Assembly: GCF_037042905.1 (NCBI RefSeq)
Contig: NC_087245.1
Coordinates: 32,800,001 to 32,864,000 of the forward strand
Length of the DNA stretch: 64,000 nucleotides
Direction: 5' to 3'
Source: Lytechinus pictus
Lineage: Eukaryota
Shown here in pieces: positions 11,583-25,148 of the stretch; within the stretch, counting starts at the first letter, position 1; each line of letters starts with the position of its first letter. Below the pieces are notes generated by a model, which was given only the letters and a program-made list of their open reading frames with translations, had not been told where the DNA came from and made no database searches. The position numbers and the translations under genes are program-made.

Positions 11583-13922
11583 TGTGTTTATGGAGTACAA
11601 ACAAATAATTGTTTCGGGTAATACTTGTTTAGGGGACAAACTTGTTGAAAAAGCACACAAATTGATAAAACTTGTTTAGCCTGATACATGGGTTTGTAAA
11701 ATCATTGTGTACAGCAATATAGTTGAGTGTCGGCCCCTCCCCCCCCCCCCCCACCTGGGTTTTCTAGTTTGCAACTTTCAAAGGAAATCCTGCTTAGGCC
11801 TACTTAGTCCCACTGTCTCTGTTTGATCATGTTTAGATTGCAACATGTTGGGAAAAGAGTCACAAATGTTCTAAGTTGATTCAACTTACAGGAATGTCAT
11901 CATTCAAGAAGTGTTCTTATCACAAAAAAAGGAACACCTTCAAGATCTGCATAAACAATAATGATGTGTTTGATATTTTTGAGGACCGTATTTTTAACTG
12001 GTAATATTTTTTCTTCAAATTTTAATGTAATTTTGGAATCGGTCAGAGGTTTTATCTTGATATTGATATACTGCATTTTTGTATGGGTAAAATAATAATA
12101 CTATTGTGTAGTATGAAATCTACACAAATCATTTTTGTATCACCTATTTCAAGTCTTCTTTGGGTGTTTCTCTTGTAATGTGTTGTTGATAATTATATGT
12201 ATTGTTTTGTTTTTTCATTTTGTTTTATCCTGCCTTGAACATCACTTCGCTTCAATGTCATATAATTATGGATGAAAAAACAGACATAATTGTCAACACC
12301 AAATTGCAAGAGAAATGTTATTAATAATAGGCATTTTTATAGTGCCATGTATCTAGAAATAGTCCATTCTGAGGCGCATTATTATTATCACCCCGGCTTT
12401 AGCCCGGGCCGCCATTTCAGTGCTGCTCATAACCCCATAGAATCACATGGCTGTGATATGTTTTTTATGATTTTGTTTTCTGTTTGTGTGTTGTCTGTTA
12501 CATTCGACTGGTGGTCATGTTGGGTTACCCCCTTGACTACAACTCTTATATATTCCTTCTGTGTTGACTATATACTGCCTTGCCTTACAAAGCACCATGC
12601 ACCTGTACACTTGGACTATATTGCAATGGGCTGTGCTTTCTCGATGTTGTCATATACATTTCATTTTCTCTCGCTATGACAATGTATTAAAAGTAGATGT
12701 TTGAAATATTTATTATATATTTATTGATAATGACTGTATTCTTTCTTTCTCTCTCTCTCTCTCTGTCTCTCCTTGTCTCTCTCTGCAATTTCTGATTTAA
12801 ATTATATTTATTGCTTTCAAGGTAATATTTTTTAATTAAACTTCCTTAAAATTCACTGAATCGGCTCAGATGTCAGTCCAGCCATGCAAAACGAGTTTTA
12901 GTTTTAAAACCTGCTGAAAAGGATGCTGCATGGGGCCACAAGTTTTAAAGGAGGGAGAATTAGAGCCAAATAACCCCATTATCGCTTTAAAAAAATCAGA
13001 AATATGAAGAGCCTCTGTGGCTTGTGAAGTGTTCAGCTAGTAATGACATCATTTTTTGTCCTGTTACTATGTGACTTATTGATATTTGTAACTGTTAGTC
13101 TGTGATCTTATGCAGTGTTTTTTTTTCTTCCTCATCTGTTGTCACTTAAAATGACCTCATCACATATCATTTTATGAAACAAAAGCTATGTAGGATATAT
13201 ATATCTAGAGTTCACAACAGGCATATTGCCATAATTATGGTAAAAACTTAACCACCTTTAATGATAATATTTTTGTAAATAATTCCTATTGTGTGTTATC
13301 AAGATGATTTGATAAATAAATGTAAATCATTATGTATAAAGTTTATCTATTTGTTAAATTATGCAAAGCATATTTATGTACAATATCAGATTGTTTATGT
13401 GGTGTGCATGATGATGTATGTTTCTATACAAGTACTAACACGTTGGTCTTGTGGCCTATTGGTAGAAGGGGTCGGAGAGGACCACACCCCTGGGAGAGGG
13501 CGGGGTCAGAATGGTACAATTAATTTGGGTGTGGTCAAGGTTTTAATGTTGTTGGCTTATTGCGATGACTTAGAATTATATAGACACTGATCAAAGTAAT
13601 TATAGCACCATGTTGAACAGTCACAACAATGATACTTCTGCGCTGACCGAAGCTGTTCTATTGTGTTTGAAAGGGGCATCATTGGTCAGTTTGGAGCTGA
13701 TTTGTTGATGTGACTGTTCTATGCACTGGAAGCACACATTGGAAAGGGTTATTTGTGCTATTTGGGGAACATTGTTTCTAAATCACTTAATTTGCCATAG
13801 TTTACCATGAAGGGTTGGAGGAATTACCCTCGCTTCTTATATTTTTGTCATTTTTTGTGTGGGTAACAGGACAAGAATTCATGTTTGCCTTTATTGTAAT
13901 TATGTTTTGATAATGCATTTAT

Positions 13923-13928
13923 AATAAA
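13923..13928 (+). terminator. candidate polyadenylation signal of the CAP-Gly gene long 3' UTR
   Basis: AATAAA followed ~35 nt later by GU/U-rich tttttgtctgttttgtttt. It ends a long U-rich region with no exon-like segments. Confidence 0.35.
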
Positions 13929-14269
13929 GATTATTATGTACTATTCAAAGAAACACGCCTCATTTTTGTCTGTTTTGTTTTCTCATATGCGGTTAGAACA
14001 CAGTACTATACAATTACAATTAATCTCTCAATCAAGCTTCTGCCATCTTGTGAAACAGCCAGGTTACATTGATTAAGTTAATTTTCACCAAATATATCTG
14101 ATTGGTTGTTTTCCCCCTTTCTTTTCATATATTAACAATCCAATATGCATACTTGAACCCCGTTCAAAAAATTTTACAAACATTGTAACCGAGCATTTGT
14201 AGTTTCAGCAACAGAACTATTATCTGCCCAAGAAATAAGAAACATAATTCTTTCTCGGTTTAAGAGCAC

Positions 14270-14790
14270 TCTTAAAGATAGAAATAAGAATGGAAAGAAG
14301 CGAAGGAGAGGAGAAATGAAGGGAAGGGGGGGAGAAAAGAATGGAAGTGGAGAGGAAAGGAAGGAGTTAGGGAGATAAGAAGAGAAGAGAATGGTAGAAA
14401 AGGAAGAGGGAAAAGGGAAAAAGAGGAGGGAACAGGGGAGGAAAGAAAGGAAAAGATAAAACAGAGAAGGCAAAGAGAGGGGGAAGGAAGGGGAGAGAGA
14501 AAAAATGGAGGAAAGGTAGGAATGAAAAAGAGCTAATAGAGAATTTTTCTTAAAAATAAAAGGGAGAAAGAAAGAGAAGGAGGAAAGAGAATGAAAAGGG
14601 AGAGGGGAGAGAGACAAAAAATGAGAAGGAGAAGCGAAAGGGGGAAAAAACGAAGGAGAGCCTTAAAAAAAGAAGAAGGGAACGGAGTAAGGAACGAAAG
14701 GATAAGAAAAAGTAGAGAGAAATGGAGGGAGAAAAGAGGGAGGTGGGAGCGATAGAGAAAAAATAGAAGGAAAATTATATAAGGGGGACA
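14270..14790. repeat. polypurine (GA-rich) low-complexity tract
   Basis: About 500 bp made almost entirely of G and A on the + strand. Confidence 0.9.
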
Positions 14791-16324
14791 CATAGGCGGA
14801 TCAAGAGGGCCCGGGCCCCCTATTGGCGGAGCAAAAAAAGAAGAAAAAAGGGAAAGAAAGAAAAATAAGAGGGAAAAGAGAGGAGAAAAAAGAAGAGGAG
14901 GAAGACGAGTGCATAGAATAAGATGAGGGGGAGACTTGGAAAATAAAAAGAATCTTTCATGCCACTTTTAAAATTTTCGCTCGCGCTTCGCGCTCGCAAT
15001 GTCTGTTAGGAGATTTACATATCTTGTTCAATATGAAGCTTGAATATCAAGTTTGGAAGTCAATATACAAAACATATTTCACCTTGGAAAGCGAACTTTC
15101 ATTATTTTGTGTGATTTACAAATTGATTTTTTAATATCTGTAAAAATATAAGTTTATGGTCTGAATATTAACATTTTCTGCTCGCGCTGCGCGATTTTGA
15201 TTTATCAGGTACCTATTATTTTCGTGTATTCCATAAAGTTTTCAAAATATGCAAATCATATGCGATTCAGATCCACCTCACAATTTTCCTACAAATTGCT
15301 TGAAATATAAAGCTAAAAATTGACTCTTTTCAGATTGGAATATTAAATAGTTTAAGCTCGCGTTTCGCGCTCGCTTTGATTTTCATGATAAAAGATTATA
15401 TAGAATGCGTAGATTCTAGGTGTAAATATGAAACGCGCGCGCATGTTTATTCAGATACTCAACTTGTTTTCTATTTAAATCATTATCCAGTTTCAGATCA
15501 CAATATCAAAGATTTTCTGCTCGCGCTTTATTAATGTAGGAAGATCCCCTATTGCTCATCCTTTTCATGATTTACAAAACATGAATATAGTGGCCCATTT
15601 TTAGGTCTAAATCTCGAATTTTTCCGCTCGCGCTTCGCGCTCGCATTATTTATTTTTGAAATATGTAACGTCTTCATGGCTGAGTGCAAGCTGTCCTTAA
15701 CGGGTACCTTTTCGATCAGTTCAAAACGTATTAAAAACAATTTCTGCTCGCGCTTTGCGCTCGCATTATCAATGTAAGAAAAATCCCAAATTACTCATCC
15801 TTTTCATGATTTACAAAACATGAATAGAGTGTCTCGTTCAGTAGGACTAAATCTCGAAAGTTACAAAAAGTGCTTAGAATTTCCATTCTTTAGGTGAAAA
15901 TGTAAAAAAATTCAGCTCGCGCTTCGCGCTCGCATTATTTGATTGTTGAAGAAAGTAACGTCTTCATGGCTAACTGCAACAGGTACCTTTTCCATCAATT
16001 CATTTCTGCTCGCGCTTCGCGTTCGTAGTAATTATTTAGTTGCATACACATCTTTTTCAGGATAACAAACATTGCCCAGAATGTTCAAGTTTTAGGAAAA
16101 ACTGAATAAAATTTCCCAAAAAAAATTATATATATATACCGTATATCTTATATATCTATGCTGATTTATAATTAAGATAAAGCTAAGAAGTGACTAATAG
16201 GTCTACCCCTTCAAAGAAACAAACAAAAATCATCTTCGAACGGCCGATCGGGGAAAATGTGGCTAAAACGAAATTCCGACCACCCCCCCCCCCCCGCTAT
16301 TGGCGAAGGCATGATCTGCCCCTG
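14791..16324. mobile_element. non-autonomous TIR element with arrayed GCTCGCGCTTCGCGCTCGC motifs
   Basis: Termini cataggcggatc...gatctgcccctg, subterminal ccc(g)ctattggcg at both ends, and at least 8 copies of the GC hairpin motif in diverged internal repeats. Confidence 0.65.
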
Positions 16325-16682
16325 GGGACGATAGGGAAAGGAGGAATGCACTGGAGCGAAAAACGAGCGCACAATGGCGGGAATTTCGAAATGGAGAGAG
16401 CTATTGTATTTTTCCAATAGTGTGTCTGGCAAGTCTGAATGGCGTGAATGCTGAAAGAACATCAAGAAGGATGCCACTGACGACTTCATGATTTAAACAG
16501 CGGATTTCAGACAGATTTCTTTCCTGATATCACTTCGTATGAGAAACAAAATGATGGGAACTACGACAAGTCATTTGGTGATCATTAAGTAAGTGAAATA
16601 ATCATTTATACGTTTGGAACCTTTTGAAAATGGCTTAAAGAAATACACGTTTGTAAACTCTTAGTACCGGTGAAGTCAGATA

Positions 16683-17880
16683 GGGCACTCATTCAATGAA
16701 CAAGGTTATGATATAACCTTGTTCTCAGTTATATCTCCATGTGTGGCAAAATAAGGATGGCAATGTTTGGCTTATTTTCTCTTTTTCTTTGGGACGAATG
16801 CTTGATTTTTTTACACTGACAGTTTCCATTACACCTATTCGTTATACAACTTGGACCTTAAGTAAATTTGATTCTTTAAATTATTTTTTTCTTAATTAAA
16901 AATAGAGATAAAAAATGAAAATTTTCTTGCCATATTATTTTCCACCAATAGAGGGCGTACACAAAAATATGCCCAAAATTCAAGTTTTTGAGCGCTCTGG
17001 TGAATACAAAAATTATTCCCAAGTTACTAATGAAAAATAAATTGCAACTGTACAAAAATTAGTAATTTTGGTCCCAAAAGTGACATTTTAATCATTTTTT
17101 AAAGTGTGTGCTCTGTACAGCATTGGCATGCCATAGTCCAACCTGTAGATTCCCCACAGGCAGGGTGGTTGCAGTGAACAAGTGAGATAGGGGTGTTTTG
17201 CCTGTCCGTGTCCATGCAGCATAAAAGCACACACTCAAAAGTATCTTTAAAACATAATTTTATCACCAAAAATACTTATTTACGTTACAATTTCCATCTA
17301 ATCTTGGCGATTGCTCTTTTTTATTCACCGGAGCATTCGAAAGGTGAAATTTTGCATGAAAAATGAGGACAAGTTTTTAAGTTTATATCAGAATCTTGTA
17401 CTCTGAATTTGTGACTGTGACAAACCATTTGAGCAACCTAAATGACACTCATTCGTTCCTGACTACTCCGTGTATTGGGAAATATGGTTGGCAATGTTTG
17501 GCTTATTTTCTCTTTTTCTTTGGGACAAATGCTTTATTTTTTACACTGTCAGTTTCCTTTACAACTATTCATCATATCAAGTAAATTGAATTTGTTTTTT
17601 CTAAATTAAAAATAGAGATTGAAAATGACAATGTTCTTGAAGTTTTACATTCCACCGACAGAGGAGCACAAAAACATGCCCAAAATTCAGGTTTTTGAGC
17701 GCTCTGGTGAATACAAAATTTATCCCCAAGTTACTAATGAAAAATAAATTGCACGTGTATTGAAATGGGTATTTTTGGTAACAAAAGTGGTATTTTAATG
17801 ATTTTTTTAAATGTGTGTTGTATACTGCATCGATCTACATGTGGATTTCCCACAGATGGAGTGGTTGCAGTGAGCAAGTG
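16683..17880. repeat. diverged direct duplication (~500-bp arms, ~700-730-bp offset)
   Basis: ggcaatgtttggcttattttctctttttctttgggac and tttttgagcgctctggtgaatacaaaa each occur in both 16683-17185 and 17444-17880. Confidence 0.8.
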
Positions 17881-18612
17881 CTAAAAGATCGAAAAAAATG
17901 TTGAATTACACATTTCTTTTTAAAGAAATTGACCATATCTGGCATTTTAATGAAAACTCTTGTTTCATTTCGTTTCCTTCTATTTTGAGCAATATTAGCA
18001 ATTATTTGAAATTCAGATGTTTTACCAATCAGAAGTGATTGTCAATACGATTATTTAAAAACCAAAAACCTCCAAAAGCTACAAATAAATTTATTTTTGT
18101 GACTATTACCCCCAAATATTGGTGCCAATTCTATCCATTTGTGCAACAAACTTTAAATGTTCGCTTCTTCGCCCAGGTCCGTTGATATTCACGTTCCAAA
18201 TCCATTTCTGACAAAAAAGGGCTCTCTCCCCCAAAATAACCAATACAGAACATGTAATTAAAAAAAACTATATCAAAATAAGTGGGTGACCTTAATTGTG
18301 CCTCTAAATCCAAAAGAAATATCATTTTAACTTTTTAGAACCCTTCCCCCCCCCCCACTATATAAATTGAGGGAAAACAAAACAATTGATTTCTTTAGAT
18401 TCTTACACAGCCTCAATGTCAAGAGACAAAAGAAAAGGACAGCTGTCAAAAGAGTCATTTGATATGAAGGTAACATAGTATATACATGTAGATAGGATTT
18501 TCGGCAGTTAAAGTGAGTCTCTTCTTGTAAATGACATGTTCTTTTAATTCTAAAATTAATCAAACTATGCCCGTATCACAATCATTTAGGTTAACAATAA
18601 TGGTATCCATAA

Positions 18613-20723
18613 GGTTTACTGACAGATGGTCTAATATCACTTGGTCTAATCATCAGATGGGCTAACAACATTCGGGCTAAACCCACTTAGTCCAATTCTC
18701 TTTTGGTCAAATGACCACTTGGTCTAATAGCCAATTAGTCTAATGACCACTTGGTCTAATAGCCAATTGGTCTAATGACCACTTGGTCTAATAGCCAATT
18801 GGTCTAATGACCACTTGGTTTAATAGCCACCTGGTCTAATGCCCAGTTGGGCTAATCGTCACTTGGTCTAATTTTCATCTGGTCTAATTGCCATTTCGTC
18901 TAATGTATTTTATCGTCACTTGGTCTAATTGTATTTGGTCTAATACCAGTTCGTCTAATAGTCGGTTGGTCTAATACTAGTTGGTCTAATACCAGTTGGT
19001 CTAATCCTCACTTGGTCCATTATTCAGTTGGTCTAATGTGCAGTTGGTCTAATTTCCATTTCGGCTAATTTCCACTGCGGCTAATTTCCAGATAGTCTAA
19101 CATTCCTTTCGTCTACATGCCACTTGGTCTAATTTGTAAAGTTTGCATGGTGACTTTTTTTCAATTTTCTGGTGAAATTTTAAAGTAACTTTCCGCGCGC
19201 CGGCTCCGAATCTTAACACGCCGCCCCTCGATATTGGAGTACAGTCAGAGTGACTATATTTTCATTCCCAAATTTTGAAAAATATGGGGATTTTCAAAGC
19301 CTGTGGAGAAGGTTTTGATTTGGGGAAAAACAATAAATTTTGCTATTTTTCTGTAAAATAACGCTGTTATACGATCAATTGAGGTGGAAAAAATATGAGG
19401 TTTATTTATCCACCTCTATGTATATGATCTACTGTAGATAGTTAACGGCTGGCTTAACCCAATCAGGGTTCCCAGCTTTTCAAGAAAACAAAAATCCCTG
19501 ATTTTTCTCTAAGAAGTTTAAAAATTCCCTGATAATTATTTAAACCCATTCCGAGTTTCTCATGCCTCTAAATTGTTGCAGTGAATTACATGTATTTTTT
19601 TTACGTGTAGGCCTATTATTGTTTTTAATTGTATATACCAGTAGGCCTACTTGTACGGTAGTAAAAGAGGCTACACTTAAAAAACACCATAACATGTCGT
19701 TCTGTTGTTTTGATATACAACAAAATATAACAGTCTGACTGACTATCGTGCATTCGACTTTTGGGCAGATCAAAATTCCCTGATTTTACAATGACTGGAA
19801 AAACGTAAACAAATCCCTGATTTCCTTGATGCGCTGGGAACCATGTCAATCCATTAAGTTCAAGTATCGTCCGTGCATGCGGTGATGTAATGATTATGAG
19901 TATGATATAATTTTCATCATCATCTATATAATCGATATGTAGGCTTAATTATAAGAATTACAGTTGATTAGAATAATTCATTTGATGAGCGTCTATCTCG
20001 TCATCTATAGTCTTTCACGGTGCAGGTTTTGCGCCCACCAGCCCTACCCCGGCTCTACACTTCCGGATCCTGGCGACATGTATTAACTGATGCATGGTAT
20101 TTATCCACTGCGTATATTTGTTAATTCTAGATCAAATGCATAATAATTAATGAATGATGTTATGTTAGAATAAATGGACATTAGACCAAGTGTGAATTAG
20201 ACCAAGTGACGATTAGCCCAACTGGGTATTAGACCAAGTGGCGATTAGACCAAGTGGTCATTAGACCAATTGGATATTAGACCAAATGGAAATTAGACTA
20301 AATGGAAATTAGACCAATTGGAAATTAGACCAAACGGTCATTAGACCATGTGACAATTAGACGAAATGAAAATTACACGAAGTGGATATTAGCCTAAGTG
20401 GAAATTAGACCAAGTGGTGTTAGGCCAACTTGAAATTAGACTAAATGGGTTTAGCCCAACTGCTCATTAGACGAATTGGATATTAGACCAAGTGGGAATT
20501 AGACGAATTTGATATTAGACCAAGTGAAAATTAGCCCAACTGGTTATTAGCCCAACTGGTTATTAGCCCAAATGGAAATTAGACGAATTGGATATTAGAC
20601 CAAGTGGGGATTAGACGAATTGATATTAGACGAACTGGTTGTAGACGAAATGAGCTTAGACTATGTGAAGTTGGACGAACTGATAAGTAGACCAAGTGGT
20701 ATTAGACCATCCGATAATTCACC
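18613..20723. mobile_element. foldback (TU-like) transposon with tandem-repeat TIRs and 8-bp TSD
   Basis: Left arm is an array of ~15-16-bp ttggtctaat units (18613-~19135). Right arm is the inverse attagaccaa array (~20175-20723). Termini are GGT...ACC and the TSD is atccataa at 18605-18612 and 20724-20731. Confidence 0.85.
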
Positions 20724-21646
20724 ATCCATAATATCTTTGCCATCATTATAACTATACGGGAATAGTAACCTTGATTGTGATTGGCTGTTGATCCTGTACC
20801 ACATGGCCAGTAGTTAGAACAGCAAAGTTACTTTATTGAAACAGATCGAAAATGATTTTATAATGATTTTATAAAAAATTCTCGAAAGTACTTATAAATG
20901 CCAAGTTCTCTGCGACAAAAATATATTTTTTATAAATAACTTTTAAAAAAGCATAATACAAAAAAATCATTGAAATCCGATGTAAAACGGAAAATTAGCT
21001 GTGATTGATTTCACTCACAAGAAAGTTAATGTATATCTTGGTCTTTATGCAAATGAAGGACACTTGACGTCACCCATTCACTATTTCTTTGCAGTTTATT
21101 ACATGAAATATGGAATAGTTTTATACTTTTTATCGTAATGAATTAAATATTAATTTTAATCCCCCTGTAAAATACCATTAGTGCAACGTATTGTCATCGA
21201 CTAAAGAGCTTATTGTCAAACAGAAATATACATATATATATATTATAGTCATGAATAACTAGTATTTCGTTCAAGTCGTGAAGTGCTCTAAAAGGAAATG
21301 TCCTCACTCGTTGACAGTGCTCTCCTCTCATGAAATTACTACCGGGCCGTTGGCGGCGGGGGTTCTAGTCTGTCCCACTATGATGCAGTCCCCGATATTT
21401 TTTTTATTGTATTGAAATGACCACCGTTTTATTATATTTTCAAGCCCCCAAAAGTTTAGTCTAGAACCATATGCCTGTTATGACTAAACTATTAAATAAT
21501 CCATCGTTTATAATTAAAATACAAAGAAATAAAATAGAAATTGAGAGTGTGTGATATCATTGACTGTCTCATTTTGCATATCACTTTTGCTGTGCATATA
21601 TCGTCTAACACTCTAACTGTTTTGTGAAAATTAGCGAAAATTTTAA

Positions 21647-22170
21647 AGGGGTAATCCAGGCTGAAAATCATACGATTTCAATTGATAAATTAAAATCTGA
21701 TAAAAAGAACACTGAAATTTTCATAAAAATAGGAGCAAAGTTATGACATTCTAAAGGTTTCTTATAGTTTGGTGAAATAGTTCTCTGAATTTCCTCATGA
21801 ATATGTAATGGGAAATCGGATGATAACACTTTTTTTTTCTTTTGGTTTTTATTACATGTATATGAAATATGTTTTTTTTTCTTCTAATGTTGTCCTCCCA
21901 GAATGAAAGGTATTGGATTTACTACTGATTTAATATGTAAGACAATAATTGTAACTTATTATGTTACTATAGGAATAATCATTATACACATGAATGGAAA
22001 TATAAGATTGTCATCATCATCCCACCCATTGCATATTCATGTTTTCACAAATTATTGCTAACTTTTAGTAGGTGTTATCAGATTTTGATAAAATTTTGCG
22101 CGTTATGTTGGGTAAATTTTACTTACTTTATTTAGATATACTGTAATTATTGTCAGCAGGGAGTGTCCCT
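21647..22170. mobile_element. Kolobok-like non-autonomous element, TTAA TSD
   Basis: ttaa|aggggtaatccaggctga ... tcagcagggagtgtccct|ttaa. Confidence 0.55.
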
Positions 22171-24268
22171 TTAATGTCCCTATTTCTTAATTTACATCTC
22201 ATTCTTTCATGAAATTTTTAGCATTATTATTTTTTTATTCTCTTTATTTTATTCAAACCAACTTTTTGTTCGGATGGCTTTGACCTTTTTACATTCAACC
22301 ATTTGTCTATGAAGTGGGCTTGGGATAAATAGATTTTTACTGGTTGTAAAATTGGGGTATTATAATAGCTTGACCGTCGTTATCATTTTTCAAGTAGTTG
22401 TTTTGTTTTTGGTTTGTTTGTTTGTTTTTAAATAGGGGAAGAGGAGGAAAAGAGAAACGCCGAGTCAAACAAAAAAGTGGCATGATGGCATATAGAACAG
22501 AAGTATGTTAAAGAATGTTTCACTTATTTTCGTTTCTGTATGTTTTTGTCTAACAGCGCCTTAATTAAACTGGTGTCAACCAAGATGGATAAATATCCTG
22601 AGTCACAAATGGAAGTGGATCCAAAGTAGGCTCGAGTACACATCACCATCTATGCGGCCTGGTCAGATCAGCGAAGAATGGAACGGGTTTTCATCGGGAG
22701 ATGATGGCGGGTCAGGTGGACAGGAGAATCTTGCTTGGACAGCATCTGCAGATCTGCATGTGATTATATCTTACGGTGAGATGAAGTCATTTTAGACCGG
22801 TCATTTCAATTTCCCACTCTAATTCTTATTGACCATAAAGGTACTACACCAGAGGACCACTGCAGAATTTTTGGTGTTAGTTCAACACCTTTGATTGCTA
22901 CTTTTACACTATCTGGTGTAACTTTCAAGCTCCAGGGTGTCATTTTTACACCATAGAACGTGGTCCTCTGGGAGACTAACTGGTGTTGGTTTCATCACCC
23001 TATTTTTACAGTGAGTTTGGCAAGTTGAAATGTATATGTATTCAAAACTCTACGAAACATATGAGGATATTCTACAATAGAATAATAATAGTAATAATAA
23101 GCACAACATTTATTATGTGCCATCTATCTAGTAAACTATTTCGAGACGCAGAAGGATGGAGAGAGGACGGGGGGGGGGGACAATAGAAATAACAATGTAC
23201 AAATACAGGTATGAGTTATATTCAGTAATGTACATCAATACCTATTAATTGATTTCAGGCATTGGCGACGAGCGCCTATGGGAGAGGGTCGTTTCGGTCC
23301 CCCGTTCGTCCCCCATCGATGGACCAAAATCTCACTAAATTGCCGACTATGACTTGCAGAGGTCCTTTGATGTTTATATTGATACGAGATACAACAGATT
23401 AAAAAAGATCAAAGTATCACAACTATTAACTAACTTAACAATTATTGTAACTACGATGTTAACCTTGATGGTGATTGGTTGCTGAGCCCTGTTACCATGG
23501 TAGTTGCCGTAATGAATTCCATAGTCATGATAGTTGCAACTCTTTACGAGACGGGTTCTTGGTCTGGTATTTTGTTGGATGACGTAGAAAGAAAAGACAC
23601 ATGTAGATATAAGACGGTTTCACTTGTTTTATTTTTCCTTTTTTGTTTGGTTTCTAACAGCACAAGAATCAACCCGGTGTCGACAAAGACATGGTGGCCA
23701 ACGATCAGTGACCACTTCATGCATCATGAGCCACAAACTTGAAGTGGAATAGGCTTAGCCTCGAGTATTGTCATAATCACCGTCCGTGTGGCCTGGTCAG
23801 CGAGGAAGGGAACATTATTTTCATTAGGAGATGATTGTGAGTAAGAGAATGTTGCTTGGAAGTCATCCGCATGTGATTATTTTACAATGGGATGGGTGTC
23901 TTACATCATTGTTGCCGTCCAATTCGATTTGTGGCCTGGACAGCGAGGAAGGGAACATATCATTTTCATCAGGAGAGGTTGGCGAGTAAGGTGAATAGAA
24001 GAATGTTACTTGGAAGTCACCCTCGTGTGATTATCTTACAATGGGATGGTGTGCAACATCATCGTTGACCGTCCAATTCGATTTGCCACTGGAGAGGACC
24101 CAGTTTTACCCTGTGAGGGATGTGGATGCATGGACTGCTTTCGACGAATATACCAAGCTGATACAACGGTGTGAAAAGTTCACTGGATAAAAAAATCTCA
24201 GCATGGTGATTGGTGTTGTGATCAAGGATCCAGATGGTCTCCTGCATGTCCTCCTCCGGCCAGAGCAG

Positions 24269-25094
24269 GGCCCCGTCTTACAAAGAGTTACGATCGATCC
24301 AATCAATCGTAACTCTATGGAAATCCATCGGTGTCATAATTTCTTCTACAGGAAATTTGCAAAATGTCCTTTGTTAACAAATGAAAACACACCAAATTGT
24401 CAAGAAATCAATGACTTTATGGATATACAGTCATATCTAAAACAATTTTTGAACAAACATGCATTTCATAAGTTGACTTTGCTGGCTTTCCATAGTTGCG
24501 ATGGATCAATCGCAACTCATTGTAAGACGGGCCCCCGGGGGGGCCACTTACATTGACGAGTGGATACCATGCGCGACCAAAAAAACACGTAAAAAGGATG
24601 TCCTTTTCACGATAGGGCACGTTACGTACGTAACGTGATAAGGGTGTCAAAAACACAAAAATAATGAAAAAAGGGTGTCTATTTCGCCAGGAAAATTACG
24701 TGTTTAGGGTCGAATTTGCGGGAATGATAAAACAAAATTAAAATGTTTTATAAAGGATGTCCATTTTGCCCCAACACTTCGTGTTTAGAGTCCGATTTGC
24801 GCGAGGTGTAGAAGGTGGGGTCGTACCTAAACCAAATAAGGTAAAGCCGACGACCGAAGGACCCGTAACAATAAAACATTCCTGTACTTGTTTAGGGGTT
24901 CATTTCAGGGAATATTTGCCAAGAGTGTCGTTTTGTTTCCAATACTTGTTAAGGGTATGGTTTCACACGCCAATACTTGTTAAGGGGTGCATTTTCAGAA
25001 TATGGAAATTACGTGTTTAGGGTGCTTTTCGAGACCCCATGGTCGCGCATGGTATCCATTCGTGAATGGAAGTGGCCCCCCCGGGGACGGGCCC
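24269..25094. mobile_element. Harbinger-like MITE (CAG TSD) containing a nested element
   Basis: cag|ggccccgtcttacaa ... ttgtaagacgggcc[insert]gacgggccc|cag. Confidence 0.75.
24534..25085. mobile_element. non-autonomous TIR element, 8-bp TSD
   Basis: TIRs cccgggggggccactt...ggataccatgcgcgacc / ggtcgcgcatggtatcc...aagtggcccccccggg. TSD gacgggcc at 24526-24533 and 25086-25093. Confidence 0.85.
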
Positions 25095-25148
25095 CAGGAG
25101 GACTATACGTTACATGACGGGAACGTTCCCGTTGAATGCATGCAACAG

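Noticed and set aside
14174..14793. Hydrophobic Phe/Leu/Ser-rich ORFs resembling membrane proteins
   Set aside because: They are the reverse strand of a GA-rich low-complexity tract.
18613..20723. Regular short repeats resembling a CRISPR array
   Set aside because: Units are ~15-16 bp and contiguous, lack unique spacers, and form inverted arms with a TSD. The context is eukaryotic with no cas genes.
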